Shown here piece by piece: positions 24,901 through 37,420 of a stretch of DNA of 64,000 nt. Positions within the stretch are counted from its first letter, which is position 1. Each line of letters opens with the position of its first letter. Below the pieces are notes generated by a model. The model was not told the origin of the DNA and ran no database searches. It saw only the letters and a program-made list of their open reading frames with translations. The position numbers were made by a program, and so were the translations under genes. The DNA comes from Octopus sinensis (lineage: Eukaryota): the NCBI RefSeq assembly GCF_006345805.1, contig NC_043006.1, positions 15,128,001 to 15,192,000 on the forward strand. Reading direction: 5' to 3'.

Positions 24901-25063
24901 GGTTTTTAGAGTCAGGGATTTAACTGCTATTTCGGCATGGTGGTGTCTCTCAGACACCCTTATTTTTTGTTGTAAAAAATGATTACCTTTGTATGGTATT
25001 TTTCCCATGATGGCCACTTGATAATATCGATATTTAAATACCGATATTATCCTTATTTATAAA

Positions 25064-25119
<56 letters not shown>

Positions 25120-25289
25120 AATATTTATAAATAAGGATAATATCGATATTTAAATATCGATATTATCAAGTGGCCATCATGGGAAAAATACCATACAAAG
25201 GTAATCATTTTTTACAACAAAAAATAAGGGTGTCTGAGAGACACCACCATGCCGAAATAGCAGTTAAATCCCTGACTCTAAAAACCACG
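24898..25289. repeat. Palindrome with 172 bp arms around (TA)n; third direct copy at about 25608-25779
   Basis: One mismatch between the arms; each arm holds the 32 bp palindrome gataatatcgatatttaaatatcgatattatc or a one-base variant. Confidence 0.95.
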
Positions 25290-25823
25290 TTAAATGTTCA
25301 TATCGCACCATGAGATAAGACAGAGGGACAAAAAAGACTAGCAAGAAATATTATTGAATAATTCAAGTTCCAGGATTTCTAGCTTTGCTTTAAATAAGCT
25401 TTGCCGTCTTCGGTTGAATATATCAAAGTACATAAATACAGATATATATATATATATGCAGAACAAACGTTGTACTTACATATACGAACGTCCATACATA
25501 CATATATATGCACGTATGTACAAGGTCAGTTAAATTGCTCGCCAAACACCTCATAAGCACGATATGGTCAAAATAAACACCGCAGTGAATATAGTGACGA
25601 ATTATATAAATTTATAAATAAGGATAATATCGATATTTAAATATCGATATTATCAAGTGGCCAGCATGGGAAAAATACCATACAAAGGTAATAATTTTTT
25701 ACAACTAAACATAAGGGTGTCTGAGAGACACCACCATGCCGAAATAGCAGTCAAATCCCTGACTCTAAAAACCACGTTAAATGTTCGTATCGCACCATGA
25801 GAAACGTTTGTTCTGCATATATA

Positions 25824-27091
25824 CGAGGGACGTTCAATAAGTAATGCCTCTGACCCACTTGCAATTGTTTGATCTAGCTAAAATTTAGAATTATTTATAT
25901 CTCTATAGATGAAGTGGCAAATTACAGCTCTGAACCAATTCTGGTTTCTGATTTACAGGTGTTTGAACTGAGTCAAGTGTGAAATGGAGCCTGTTGAGTG
26001 TCGAGCAGTGATCTGGTTTTTGTATTTGAAAGGACGCACACCACGGGAGACTTTTGATGAAATGAAAGTAACTTATGGTGATGATGCCCCATCATATGAC
26101 CTTGTAAAACGCTGGCATCGTAAATTCAAACATGGTCGGAACTCAGTGGAAACAGCTCCCAGATCTGGTCGCCCCCCTTCTGCCATTGATGAGGCATCTG
26201 TCCGTCAAGTTGAGGCTCCCATTTTGGAAGATCGACGCATAACTATTCGCCAAATAGTCCATGAGGTCAAGATTAGTACCGGGTCTGTGGAAACTATCAT
26301 TCATGACCATTTGCATATGCAAAAGGTGTCTGCCAGAGGGATTCCCAGGTTGCTCACACCTTTCCAGAAGCAAGAACGCGTCGAGTGCTCGAGGATGAAT
26401 TTGGAGATATGCCAAGACGATGAGTCAAAATTTTTCAAAAGACTGATTACACAGGATGAAACCTAGGTCTATCACTATGATCCAGAGACCAAAGCCCAGT
26501 CAATGCAGTGTAAGCACCGTGACTCATCTTCTCCAAAGAAGGCAAGGGTGCAGCCCTCCGCTGGCAAGGTCATGCTCACAGTCTTCTGGGACCAGGACGG
26601 AGTAGTGATGACAGATTTCCTGGCAAAGGGTACCACAATTACAGGAGCCTATTATGCTTCACTTTTGAGGAAATTAAGAGAAGCTATCAAAATCAAGAGG
26701 CGGGGCAAGATCAGCAAAGGCATCCTCCTCCTGCAGGACAACGCTCCGGTCCACAACTCGCGTGTCGCCAGATCAGAAGCACAGGCGTGCGGCTATGAAC
26801 TCCTCCCCATCTTCCTACTCCTCTGACCTTGCACCCTCTGATTTTCATTTCTTCCCAGCCACGAAGTTGTTTTTGAAAGGAAAGCGTTTCCCAGATGATG
26901 CAGCCTTGATTTCTGAAGTTACGTCGTGTTTGGAGGACCAAGCTGGGGTCTTCTAAAAAATCGGTCTCCAGAGCTGCATCAAACCACTCTGGGTGGTTCC
27001 TATGTAGAAAAAGACTAATAACTGTGCCAAGTTTCGTTGCTCTACTGCCATGGGAAGTGGGTCGGGGGCGTTACTTATTGAACGCCCCTCG
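25824..27091 (+). mobile_element. Full-length mariner transposon (about 1.27 kb), disabled
   Basis: 37 bp TIRs cgagggacgttcaataagtaatgcctctgacccactt with 4 mismatches; TA on both sides. Confidence 0.96.
25984..27018 (+). pseudogene. Mariner DD34D-type transposase pseudogene
   Basis: HTH region, ITQDET*V (W to stop at 26464), LLQDNAPVH, frameshift near 26810-26820, SDLAPSDF, further stop near 26954. Confidence 0.93.
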
Positions 27092-27244
27092 TATATCTGT
27101 ATTTATGTACTTTGATATATTCAACCGAATACGGCAAAGCTTATTTAAAGCAAAGGTAGAAATCCTGGAACTTGAATTATTCAATAATATTTTTTGCTAG
27201 TCTTTTTTGTCCCTCTGTCTTATCTCATGGTGCGATATGAAGAT

Positions 27245-27299
<55 letters not shown>

Positions 27300-27319
27300 G
27301 TATGTATGTGTGTGTGTGT

Positions 27320-27552
27320 GTATGTGTGTGTGTATGTATGTTTGTGTGTCTGTGTTTGTCTCCCCAACATCACTTGACAGCCGATGGTGGTGCGTTTATG
27401 TCTCCGTAACTTAGCAGTTCAACAAAAAAAGCCGATAGAATAAGTACGAGGCTTACAAAGAATAAGTCCTGGGGTCAATTTGCTCGACTAAATGCGGTGC
27501 TCCAGCTGGCCGCAGTCAAATGACTGAAACAAGTAAAAGAGTAAAAGAGAGT
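27320..27552 (+). mobile_element. SINE family B 3' half
   Basis: tgtgtttgtctcccc...gactgaaacaagtaaaagag. Confidence 0.85.
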
Positions 27553-28018
27553 AGAATATATCATAGAATATATTATGCAATGCAATCATCTATATTTAGG
27601 ACGGCGATATGATACAATGGAGAATAGCCATCTGTTTCTATAAGGGCGAGTGACCATGTAATGGCTTCACCAGTTGATATGAAAAAAAAAACAATGATTT
27701 TAAAGTGATATGGTTCTTTGAGTCGAGATTTGTGATCGTACGTTGCTCTTTCGCATTCTCCTGTATGTGCACCAAGAAACGTCAACTTGTCTCATTTAAG
27801 TTTCATTAATGTATTATACCATACGTATTATCATTTACAGCTGCCACATAGGTTACCTGAAAAACGAGTCTTTCCTTACTTATAGGTGATATGTTTGACT
27901 AATAGCTGAGGGAACATAAGTTTTATAAATGTACATTTGCTCACCTTGTTGCCAAAATTTTCTTTTGAAAAATTTTTGCATTTAGACAACAATCATTAGC
28001 TCTTGAATTCATGGAAAT

Positions 28019-28402
28019 GGGAAGCACTCCGTCGGTTACGACGACTAGGGTTCCGGTTGATCCGATCAACGGAACAGCCTGCTCGTGAAATTAACGTGTA
28101 ACTGGCTGAGCACTCCACAGACACGTGTACCCTTAACGTAGTTCTCGGGGATATTCAGCGTGACACAGAGAGTGACAAGGCCGGCCCTTTGAAATACAGG
28201 TACAACAGAAGCAGGAGGTAAGAGTGAGAGAAAGTTGTGGTGAAAGGGTTCAGCAGGGATCACCACCATCCCCTGCCGGAGCCTCGTGGAGCTTTAGGTG
28301 TTTTCGCTCAATAAACACTCACAACGTCCGGTCTGGGAATCGAAACCGCGATCCTACGACCGCGAGTCCGCTGCCCTAACCACTGGGCCATTGCGCCTCC
28401 AC
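28019..28402 (-). mobile_element. SINE family A with 12 bp TSD
   Basis: TSD attcatggaaat at 28007-28018 and 28403-28414. Confidence 0.95.
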
Positions 28403-28603
28403 ATTCATGGAAATAGCATTTGTTAGAAAAATAAATTTGATTTAATTCATTCCAGTATATTACAGACGCTGGTGTTTTACCCAAGACTGCGAACCATTAA
28501 TTCTATTCTGCCTGGATTTGAACTTAGAGATATGTTGATTTAGGTATATTAAAAATCTGATTCTGTATTATAGTCTCTGTTAATTGCACATTTTGTAATT
28601 GTA

Positions 28604-28985
28604 TCTCTTCTCTCTCTATATAAACGGCAGTTTGTCTGTGCGTGTTTCTGTGTGTCTGTTTGCTTTTACCCTCACCCTGACCACGGCTTTCAACCGATTC
28701 TGATGAAACTTGACACACACATAGCCCAATGTCATAATTCAAAACTAACGCAGCGAAAATTTTGAAAAGTTCCCCCAGTTCTGAAAAAAATCGATAAATT
28801 CGACATGGGGTCGAGAATCAGAAACACAAACCACAGACTGTCTAGGGGACGCAATTTTTAACTAAAAAAAAAATTTACCATAATTTTTTTTCCCATTTTT
28901 TTGCTATTTTTTGGCTATAACTCTCTAAAAATGCTTTATAGTTATTTCCCTTACAAACCCGAGCAACGCCGGGCGATACTGCTAG
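28604..28985 (+). mobile_element. Non-autonomous Helitron-like element
   Basis: a|TCtc...tatataaacggc start, (GT)-rich segment, 3' hairpin cccgagcaacgccggg, CTAG|t end, no TSD. Confidence 0.8.
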
Positions 28986-29009
28986 TCATACAATAAAAAA
29001 ATCACTATT

Positions 29010-29350
29010 TTCGAGAGACATTTGAACTGTACTTGTGCTTTCATTTCTTCACTTGCTGTAATTTCAAAATATACTAAAATAAAGCGTTTTTTGTTTCCTT
29101 GTTGCGAAGACCTGCCTCAGAGCAATATTTGTTTTCACCATTTATTTTCTTTTGTTACTCTGCAACGATTCCTACCACCAATGAATCTCTTTTTTTTTTT
29201 GTTCTTCACCGTGCTCTCACCATTCAGAGCTGTTCAATTTTAAACATGAAACCAACTCATGTATTAAGACAAATATTTTCTCACGGTATACTAGTTGTGT
29301 AAATAACATCTTTTTTGTCTTGTTGGTTCAATGGAAGTAAAAATAAATTT
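29010..29350 (+). repeat. Unclassified dispersed repeat; inverted copy at about 48185-48560
   Basis: Shared blocks cctgcctcagagcaatattt, ctgttcaattttaaacatgaaa and cttgttggttcaatggaa. Confidence 0.8.
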
Positions 29351-30213
29351 ACTGTAGGTGGGCTGACAGAATCTTCAGCGCGTAGGACAAAATGCCTTGT
29401 GGTTCTTTACTATCAAAGTTTCGGCTCTTTACCAAATGAGCTCAAATCGCACTGAGGTAAACTTTGCCTTCCACCTATGGATGTGTGGTCTAAGTACAGC
29501 CTGCCAAGTGACACCGTCTGAAAAATAAAAATCAAAAACCCGCTGTTTAACCTAGCGTTAAAAACATACTTATTAGGTGAGTGTCCTTAATTATAAATAC
29601 TTAAGTGGACAGGAGAAAATGAAATTTTCATTATTTATTTTTTAAATTTAGCTAATTATTAAAGCTTACTCGTGTATATAAAATAGTTTATACTTTGTTG
29701 AGGAAGTTTAAACAAATGAAAAATGCTTAGAGGCATCTCCCGATTTCACCGAAATGATCGAAAGAATTCGGTTACAGTCCAGACATTGACTAAATGATAT
29801 CCTTTCCTCACATCATAATCGTTTCTCATTAGATTTTTGAGGCTCAATATCTTAACTATCAAACACTTGTTGCCAATAATACTGTCAATATTCTGGCTCA
29901 TAATTCTGTTTGTGCGGGTGAGTTTGGGATTTCTAGATTGGGAAGTTGCGATAAAACGTTAGGGATGGTTGTATGGTGAGGAAATTCTCTTCGCAAACAC
30001 ATGGTTCTGGTTTGGGCACTTTGAGCAAATGTCCCGGGTTGATCAATGCCCTTTATTCTTTTTCTTTCTTTTCTTCTCCTATCTCTGCTTTTAGCTGTTT
30101 CTTTGTATTTAAATGTTATTTAAAAAAAGTGAAATTTAGTTTCGTTTCGCTCGTCAGTAACTTAAATTGAAGTCTCTAACCAGGTTCACTTTGCTTTCCA
30201 TAATTCCTATAAT

Positions 30214-30603
30214 CTTTTACTTGTTTCAGTCATTTGACTGCGGCCATGCTGGAGCACCGCCTTTAATCGAGCAACTCGACCCCGGGACTTACTCTTTTGT
30301 AAGCCCAGTACTTATTCTATCGGTCTCTTTTGCCGAACCGCTAAGTAACGGGGACATAAACACACCAGCATCGGTTGTCAAGCAATGCTAGGGGGACAAA
30401 CACACACACAAACACACACACGCATATATATATATATACATATATACAACGGGCTTCTTTGAGTTTCCGTCTACCAAATCCACTCACAAGGCTTTGGTCG
30501 GCGCGAGGCTATAGTAGAAGACACTTGCCCAGGTGTCCCTCAGTGGGACTGAACCCGGAACCATGTGGTTGGTAAACAAGCTACTTACCACACAGCCACT
30601 CCT
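30214..30603 (-). mobile_element. SINE family B, full length
   Basis: Matches family consensus. Confidence 0.92.
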
Positions 30604-31055
30604 CCTATGTCGATGAAATAAACACCAAACATTGCTACACTTATTCTACACACATTTGTGACTTTATTATATAGTCCTACGAGAAGGCACATAGCTTAGT
30701 GGTTAAGGTGTTTGGTTTACGATCTTTAGGGTGTGTGTTCAGTTATCAGATCGGGCCGTGCACTAGGTTTTTGAGAAAGACATTTGATTTCATGTAGCTC
30801 TAGTCAACTCATCTGAAAATAACCAACAACTTAATGCTGGTGCAGCCCTCTCTCGCTTTCCATCTGTAACATTCCGGTTATTTCACATGGTCAACGATGG
30901 GATTGGATGGTTATAAAAATAAATAATGAAAAACTGCTCACGGCTAGCCTGGTAGATGCTACCAAATTATAAACGCTCGCAAATGACCACTATGCATACA
31001 CACGCGACTCACCGCTTATAAGCAGTGAGAAATAGTATGAATCTAAGTATGTTTC

Positions 31056-31245
<190 letters not shown>

Positions 31246-31513
31246 TTCAACACACACATACACATCCGTTATAGGCTTTGAGAGATGAAGAGGAACTAAA
31301 CATACGAAGTGTTCTTCTCCACTAAAATATTTATGCTGTCTAGACACATTCATGCTACTGCTATAAGATATACAAAAACACATAACTAGTTTGAAAATAT
31401 ATCTGAGAAAACTCTACATTGAACGAGAACAAAACCAACGTTACACCAAATTACTTAAAAATGACGATCTCTGTGAATCAGGCGTGTGTCCTTGACTGAC
31501 TCTTAAAATGAAG

Positions 31514-31862
31514 GGCGGCGAGCTGGCAGAAACGTTAGCACGCCGGGCGAAATGCTTAGCCGTATTTCGTCTGCCGCTACGTTCTGAGTTCAAATTCCGC
31601 CGAGGTTGACTTTGCTTTTCATCCGTTTGTCTATCCTTCTTTGTCCTCTCTGTGTTTAGCCCCTTGTGGGTAGTAAAGAAATAGGTATGTCGTCTGCCTC
31701 TACGTTCTGAGTTCAAATTCCGCCGAATTTGCCTTTCATCCTTTTCGGGGTCGATAAATTAAGTACCAGCTGCGCACTGGGGTCGATGTAATCGACTTAA
31801 TCCCTTTATCTGTCCTTGTTTGTCCCCACTGTGTTTAGCCCCCTGTGGGCAATAAAGAAATA
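31514..31862 (+). mobile_element. SINE family C dimer with internal deletions
   Basis: Restart after gtagtaaagaaatagg; ends gggcaataaagaaataag. Confidence 0.9.
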
Positions 31863-33163
31863 AGTAACTGACTTACGTGTGGCAGCATTATCAACTCTAA
31901 AGTTAGACTATAAAGAGATGTTCGATTCTGTCTTTCGATACTACAATCTCTTACCTTTGACAAGCTTTTATCTGTTAAAACTGTTACCTTGAGAATATTG
32001 ACTCAGAAATTCCAGAAGGTTCATACAGCTGTCATTAAGAACTGAAGCAACTAGACACAGGCAACATTGGTTATCGACAGATATTAAACTAGGATGAGAT
32101 CTTGTTTTGCTGTTCGTGTTGGCAGCAAACAACCTGTCTGCTCTATTAGGGACGTACCAAGGCTACATGTTTGTATGTACAAGGGAGTGAAAAGTTAAAG
32201 TCAAGCACATACAGAACCGTCTTAGCAACATTATACAGCCTAGGACAACTCAGTGTACTAGGCCCTATATAATTTATTTCACTGATAACAAGTCACAGCA
32301 TACATAGATCAGAATCGGACCCCCAGATATATGGAGCCCTTGGGTAAATGCCCAGTCGTAAGACGGCACTGCTCACACCTCTTTTGTTGAGGACCTGGAA
32401 ATTCCAGTAAAAGCAGCAATCCCATACAAGCATAAATGATCTGTTATTATGTTATGGGAGAAGTCCTTCATTGGGAATTGTTTATGCTTTGCCAGAAATA
32501 ATACTTATTTGAACTGTGTAACTTCTTTACAAAACATATAAAAACGTTATCTTTGAAAGAATAAATTTATATAGAACTAACATGATTGTTTTTCAGCAAA
32601 TTGGCCTCTACCATATTGTGAGTTCTTATTTCTTTGACCTCGGCGTTATTCTTCCGACGAATCTCATTGCATAATGTGTTGGCTACAACATTATAACACA
32701 TCGGTAGATAATAATAACACGTGGCATTATTAGACAACTGCTAATGATTTGGGTGATGACTTCACAAAGTCTGCGTCAGTTATCACCTTTTTGTGTTTTT
32801 ATTGCGTCTCTGTCCCTTTTGTGCACCAGGAATTTGGTTGCTATATCCTGTTCCTGGTTTGCAAACGCTGCTTTCCACATCCACCCCGCTCTAACCTTAA
32901 TGCAAAGCTGAAGGACTTTTGAATTGTTGGACTCTCAGTATTGCAACACCTAAGCCGCTGAAACCGCCCATTGTTCTGACACCAGCCTCGTGCTTTAACG
33001 GGATTTAAATAAAAATCTTCCATCAACATTTCACGTTAAATCATATTACAAACACCAGATTAAGTTGTTTTACTAAATTCTTCATTAGATTGAAAATTGA
33101 GGTGGTATATTTCAACAAAAATATGGGGCAGTGTGTGTTTCATATCCCCCACATGTCTAATTG

Positions 33164-33462
33164 GTGGAGGCACGTTGCCTAGTGGTTAGGGTAGCGGACT
33201 CGCGGTCGAGGGATCACGAGTTCGAATCTCAGACCGGGCGATGTGTGTGTTTATGAGCGAAACACCTAAACTCCACGCGGATCCGACAGAAGATAATGGC
33301 GAACTTCTGCTGACTCTTTCGCCACAACTTTCTCTCACTCTTTCCTCCTGCATCTTGCAGCTCACCTGCGACGGACCGGCGTCCCGTCCATGTGGGGAAC
33401 CTATACGCCAAAGAAACCGGGAAACCGGCCCTTATGAGCTAGGCATGGCTCGAGAAGGAACG
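33164..33462 (+). mobile_element. Mosaic SINE with family A-like 5' half and family D-like 3' half
   Basis: A-type head and gagcgaaacacctaaactccacg block, then D-type ctgcgacggaccggcgtcccgtcc and ccgggaaaccggcccttatgag. Confidence 0.8.
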
Positions 33463-33519
33463 TGTCTCATTCCTAAGTTTCATGAGTGGATTACTCATTG
33501 CTTCCCCGAAATATTTTAG

Positions 33520-33640
33520 TCAAAGATTCGCACGGGAGCTATTTTGTAATTCCATATTAGGAGTCAGATAAACTGTATTTGGATACTACAGCGAAACAGT
33601 TTACATTACTTGTGTTAATAAAACCGACCACATCTGGCAT
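33520..33640 (+). repeat. Unclassified dispersed repeat; direct copy at about 37745-37877
   Basis: Shared aaactgtatttggatactacagcgaaa and gaccacatctggca. Confidence 0.8.
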
Positions 33641-34113
33641 TTAGGTGTAAATTTCTCACCCCTACAAACCGGACAGCTCTTACTTAGCATTGCAACATTG
33701 TCAGAACCATGTAGAATGCCTCAGCACATTGCACAGCCCTCCAAGTTCTCCCACTACGCAATTTGAAACCGATTATTTTTGGTATTCTTTTGGTAAAAAG
33801 AATCTCTATCAACTCTGAAGAATTCGTCTTTTTCTCAATTTCTCAGCTACGAACGTTCTGCAAGCAATATTCCCGTAGAGAAACCCTCCATATTTGCTAG
33901 TTACTTTCAACGTTGTTGATGCACTAGGAATAATCTATCCAAAGCTATCCATTTCCATCCCAGCATCATGATCACTACCAAATACACGTGGTGCCTAGCT
34001 GTATCAGCCTTTGCCTTACCTTTGGATAACATCGGTGGCGTGGAGAGGGGAGGCTGGTATGCATGAGCGACTGCTGGCCTTCCATAAATAACCTTGCCGG
34101 ACTTGTACCTCGG

Positions 34114-34525
34114 AGGAATGGCTGTGTGGTAAGTAGCTTGCTTACCAACCACATGGTTCCGGGTTCAGTCCCACTGCGTGGCATCTTGGGCAAGTGTCTT
34201 CTGCTATAGCCCCGGGCCGACCAATGCCTTGTGAGTGGATTTGGTAGACGGAAACTGAAAGAAACCTGTCGTATATATGTATATATATTTATGTGTGTGT
34301 ATATGTTTATGTGTCTGTGTTTGTCCCCCTTGCATTGCTTGACAACCGATGCTGGTGTGTTTACGTCCTCGTCACTTAGCGGTTCGGCAAAAAAGAGACC
34401 GATAGAATAAGTACTGGGCTTACAAAGAATAAGTCCCGGGGTCGATTTGCTCGACTAAAGGCGGTGCTCCAGCATGGCCGCAGTCAAATGACTGAAACAA
34501 GTAAAAGAGTAAAGAGTAAAAGAGT
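34114..34525 (+). mobile_element. SINE family B, full length, preceded by a fragment of another repeat (34030-34113, also at 12195-12320)
   Basis: Consensus match; (GAGTAAA)n tail. Confidence 0.92.
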
Positions 34526-34529
34526 ATAC

Positions 34530-35710
34530 CTAACGCGACATTCGCGCAGACATCATGAACGGCGACTTCAAAATCGTTGTTCAACGGAGTCATGTGAATC
34601 TCGATTCTTTATCAGCAAACACTTATAATCGCTGCGCATATCAAGAAAATTTTATTGTAACTCATATCCAACTACACAAGAACTGTTTGCAACTAAAACT
34701 CTTAAGCCAATCCCAAATATTAGAGCTCTCTTGGTCAATACATATTACAAAGGGGTTTTATTCTTGGGAACTCAGAATTATTTCCAACAACTACCGTAAA
34801 TCCTCGAATATAATCCGCATTTTTTCCTCAAAATTAAAGGTCAAAATCCCTAGAGCGTACTATATACGAGGTTAGAAGTGAAAAATATTTTCTAAGCAGT
34901 GTCCGAGTCTATATTTGCTGTCCGGCAATGTTTATTCCGACGCATTTTGTGATGTCGGGCGCGAAAATACCTTAAGCTAAGCCTGAAAGCAATGAAGTCA
35001 TAAAAGAATCATCCACAACTGCAGTAAGCAAAATTTATTAAAATAAAAGTATTCAGAACACAGAATAACATGTAACAAAAACAATTTTCAAACATTCCCA
35101 TATAACAGTTAAGAACATCACTGATATTGTATTACGCATGCGCGGAAGTGTTTGTTCGACTAGGTGCTGATAGCTTAATTACGCACGACTCAAGTTAGAG
35201 AAGGGGTGCGTATTATACACAAGGTTTAAGTTTTTCAGAGGTACAGCCCCCTAAAAATCCCCTGCGTATTATACTCAAGGGCGGACTATACTCGAAGATA
35301 TACGGTATTAAACCTGTATAAATCTCGGGCAAGTCTCATACGATGGTACTGTTACTAAGCACACTGATGTATTAGACCATATACAAAGAAAGGCTACTCA
35401 ACTGATTGGCATGAAATTGCTTATCAAAATACCTCGCGCTCTGACTCATAGACATGCTGTGTCCCCTCTCTGCCTTTTCTGCAGACATTGCAATGACCTC
35501 TGTTCTTCGCAACTTACTGGTTTTTCTCATGTACTTGCCTCTACACTTCACAACATCCGTATTATGTCTACTCCGCCCCAGAACTCAGACTAATCATTAC
35601 ATCAAGTCATTCGTGCCTAGAATGCTGATCCTCTTAAATTCCAGCTCTGCGTATGTATTTCTTGCAGACGTCAACTATAGGCGCCAAGAGGAACATTAAT
35701 AACATTGACC
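34530..35710 (+). pseudogene. CR1/L2-type LINE 3' fragment split by a MITE
   Basis: Peptides LSWSIHITK, QLLNLYK (rejoined across the MITE), LDHIQRKA, ALTHRHAVSPLCLF and HYIKSFVPRM. Confidence 0.75.
34794..35305. mobile_element. Tc1/mariner-superfamily (pogo/Tigger-like) MITE
   Basis: Imperfect TIRs ccgtaaatcctcgaatataatccgc and gcggactatactcgaagatatacgg; TA TSD. Confidence 0.85.
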
Positions 35711-35871
35711 TCACTGGTCAGGGAGGACCTGCGAAATCCAACAGCACAACCACTCCGTCTAGGCCAAACAACTAAGAAACGAAAAATGACGGAAATATAA
35801 ATATTGACGTAAGCGAAGAAAACAAATTGAAGTTTAATTATTTTTCATCACAGACAGAATATAGCGATCAT

Positions 35872-36258
35872 GGATTAATTATGGAAGCACTCCGTCGGTT
35901 ACGACGACGAGGGTTCCGGTTGATCCGAATCAACGGAACAGCCTGCTCGTGAAATTAACGTGTAAGTGGCTGAGCACTCCACAGACACGTGTACCCTTAA
36001 CGTAGTTCTCGGGGATATTCAGCGTGACACAGAGAGTGACAAGGCCGGCCCTTTGAAATACAGGTACAACAGAAACAGGAAGTAAGAGTGAGAGAAAGTT
36101 GTGGTGAAAGAGTACAGCGGGGATCACCACCATCCCCTGCCGGAGCCTCGTGGAGCTTTTAGGTGTTTTCGCTCAATAAACACTCACAACGCCCGGTCTG
36201 GGAATCGGAATGGAGGTGCAATGGCCCAGTGGTTAGGGCAGCGGACTCGCGGTCATAG
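35872..36258 (-). mobile_element. SINE family A with inverted 5' head
   Basis: Body on minus strand to 36207, head on plus strand at 36211-36258; TSD atagcgatcat at 35861-35871 and 36255-36265. Confidence 0.9.
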
Positions 36259-36364
36259 CGATCATAATGTGATACGAAGCACATATGTGTTTCGTATCGA
36301 TCGGTATACTCGGTAATCAGAGTCGTTGCGATTAAGAACATGGCCAACTGTTGTAATACGTAAC

Positions 36365-36632
36365 TTGCTGTTGTAGTACAGTATTTGAGAGATGAGAGAT
36401 GAAATAACAGGCATGTGCACCTGTAGTAGCAGTGCTTAGCTTGCTATTTGAAATAGCAGATATAGGATAATACAGCAAGTTAGTGAGACAGTTCTTGGAA
36501 TATCTTGGTGTCTATTTTAGTTTCTGTGGCAGTAAATGAGATATGACACAGTATGTGAAGCCAGTAGTTGTAGTCTCTAGCTTGCAGTAGTAGTAGTAGT
36601 AGAAGGTGATGAGAGATAACAGTATGTGAACC

Positions 36633-36690
<58 letters not shown>

Positions 36691-36776
36691 AGATTATACA
36701 GCATGTATGTGAGCTCGTGGCTCTAGTACCTAGCTTGCTGTAGTAGTAGAAGTAGTAGTAGTAGTAGTAGTAGTAA

Positions 36777-36827
<51 letters not shown>

Positions 36828-36865
36828 ATGAGAGATGACACAGTGTATATGTGAGCCAGTAGTTG
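36365..36865. repeat. Compound (TAG)n minisatellite
   Basis: gagatgacacagtatgtgaaccagtag unit recurs three times between (TAG)n runs. Confidence 0.85.
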
Positions 36866-36959
36866 CGACTTCTCCTTTTCAGGTATCTTAACCCATTTTA
36901 ACTCAGGTTAACCCTGTCGAAATTTTGAAGATAGTTATATAAATAGGGATAACAAACAC

Positions 36960-37420
36960 ACAGAAGCATCCAGTTAACCTTTATTGCAGTAAACAAACCA
37001 AATACAACTCTCCTCAAACAAGGACAGTGGGTTAAAATGGGTTAAGTATGTGTGGGTGATGGGATGACGTTTGTAAGTGGAAAAGAAAAAAATGGAATAT
37101 AGAATAATGTGATAGTAATTTCTGTGTGGGATTGTGTGTGGTTGGAATGATGCCGTCAATGTCGAGAAAGAACATATAGGAAACATGGCTGAGCCTTGGT
37201 GTATGAGAATGGATGCAAGTGCTTCAGAGTATCACCATCCTGTAGTTGTTCGCTGAATGAAACAATCTAAGAGGAAACTAATAGAGCTTATACTCTGAGT
37301 TCTTAGCAAACTGTTCCTCATGATAAACCCAGTTGATGGCTTTGCTGACTTTAAGGACAGGAGACCTCTTGGTGTATGACGTAGAAGAGCAATAAAAAGT
37401 ATATTTAGCCTCATGGTCAA
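36960..37420 (-). pseudogene. Possible decayed CR1-like LINE 3' fragment
   Basis: Hand translation SISSISFL..YSEALAS..IPHRNYY loosely follows the CR1 C-terminal pattern. Confidence 0.35.

Noticed and set aside
25225-25275. Hammerhead-like gggtgt-CTGAGAGA-caccaccatgcc-GAAA-tagcag-t(t/c) in segment A
   Set aside because: Core is one base short, and stems II and III are poorly paired in all three copies; not accepted without a consensus
25984-26956. Active transposase gene
   Set aside because: Premature stops and a frameshift
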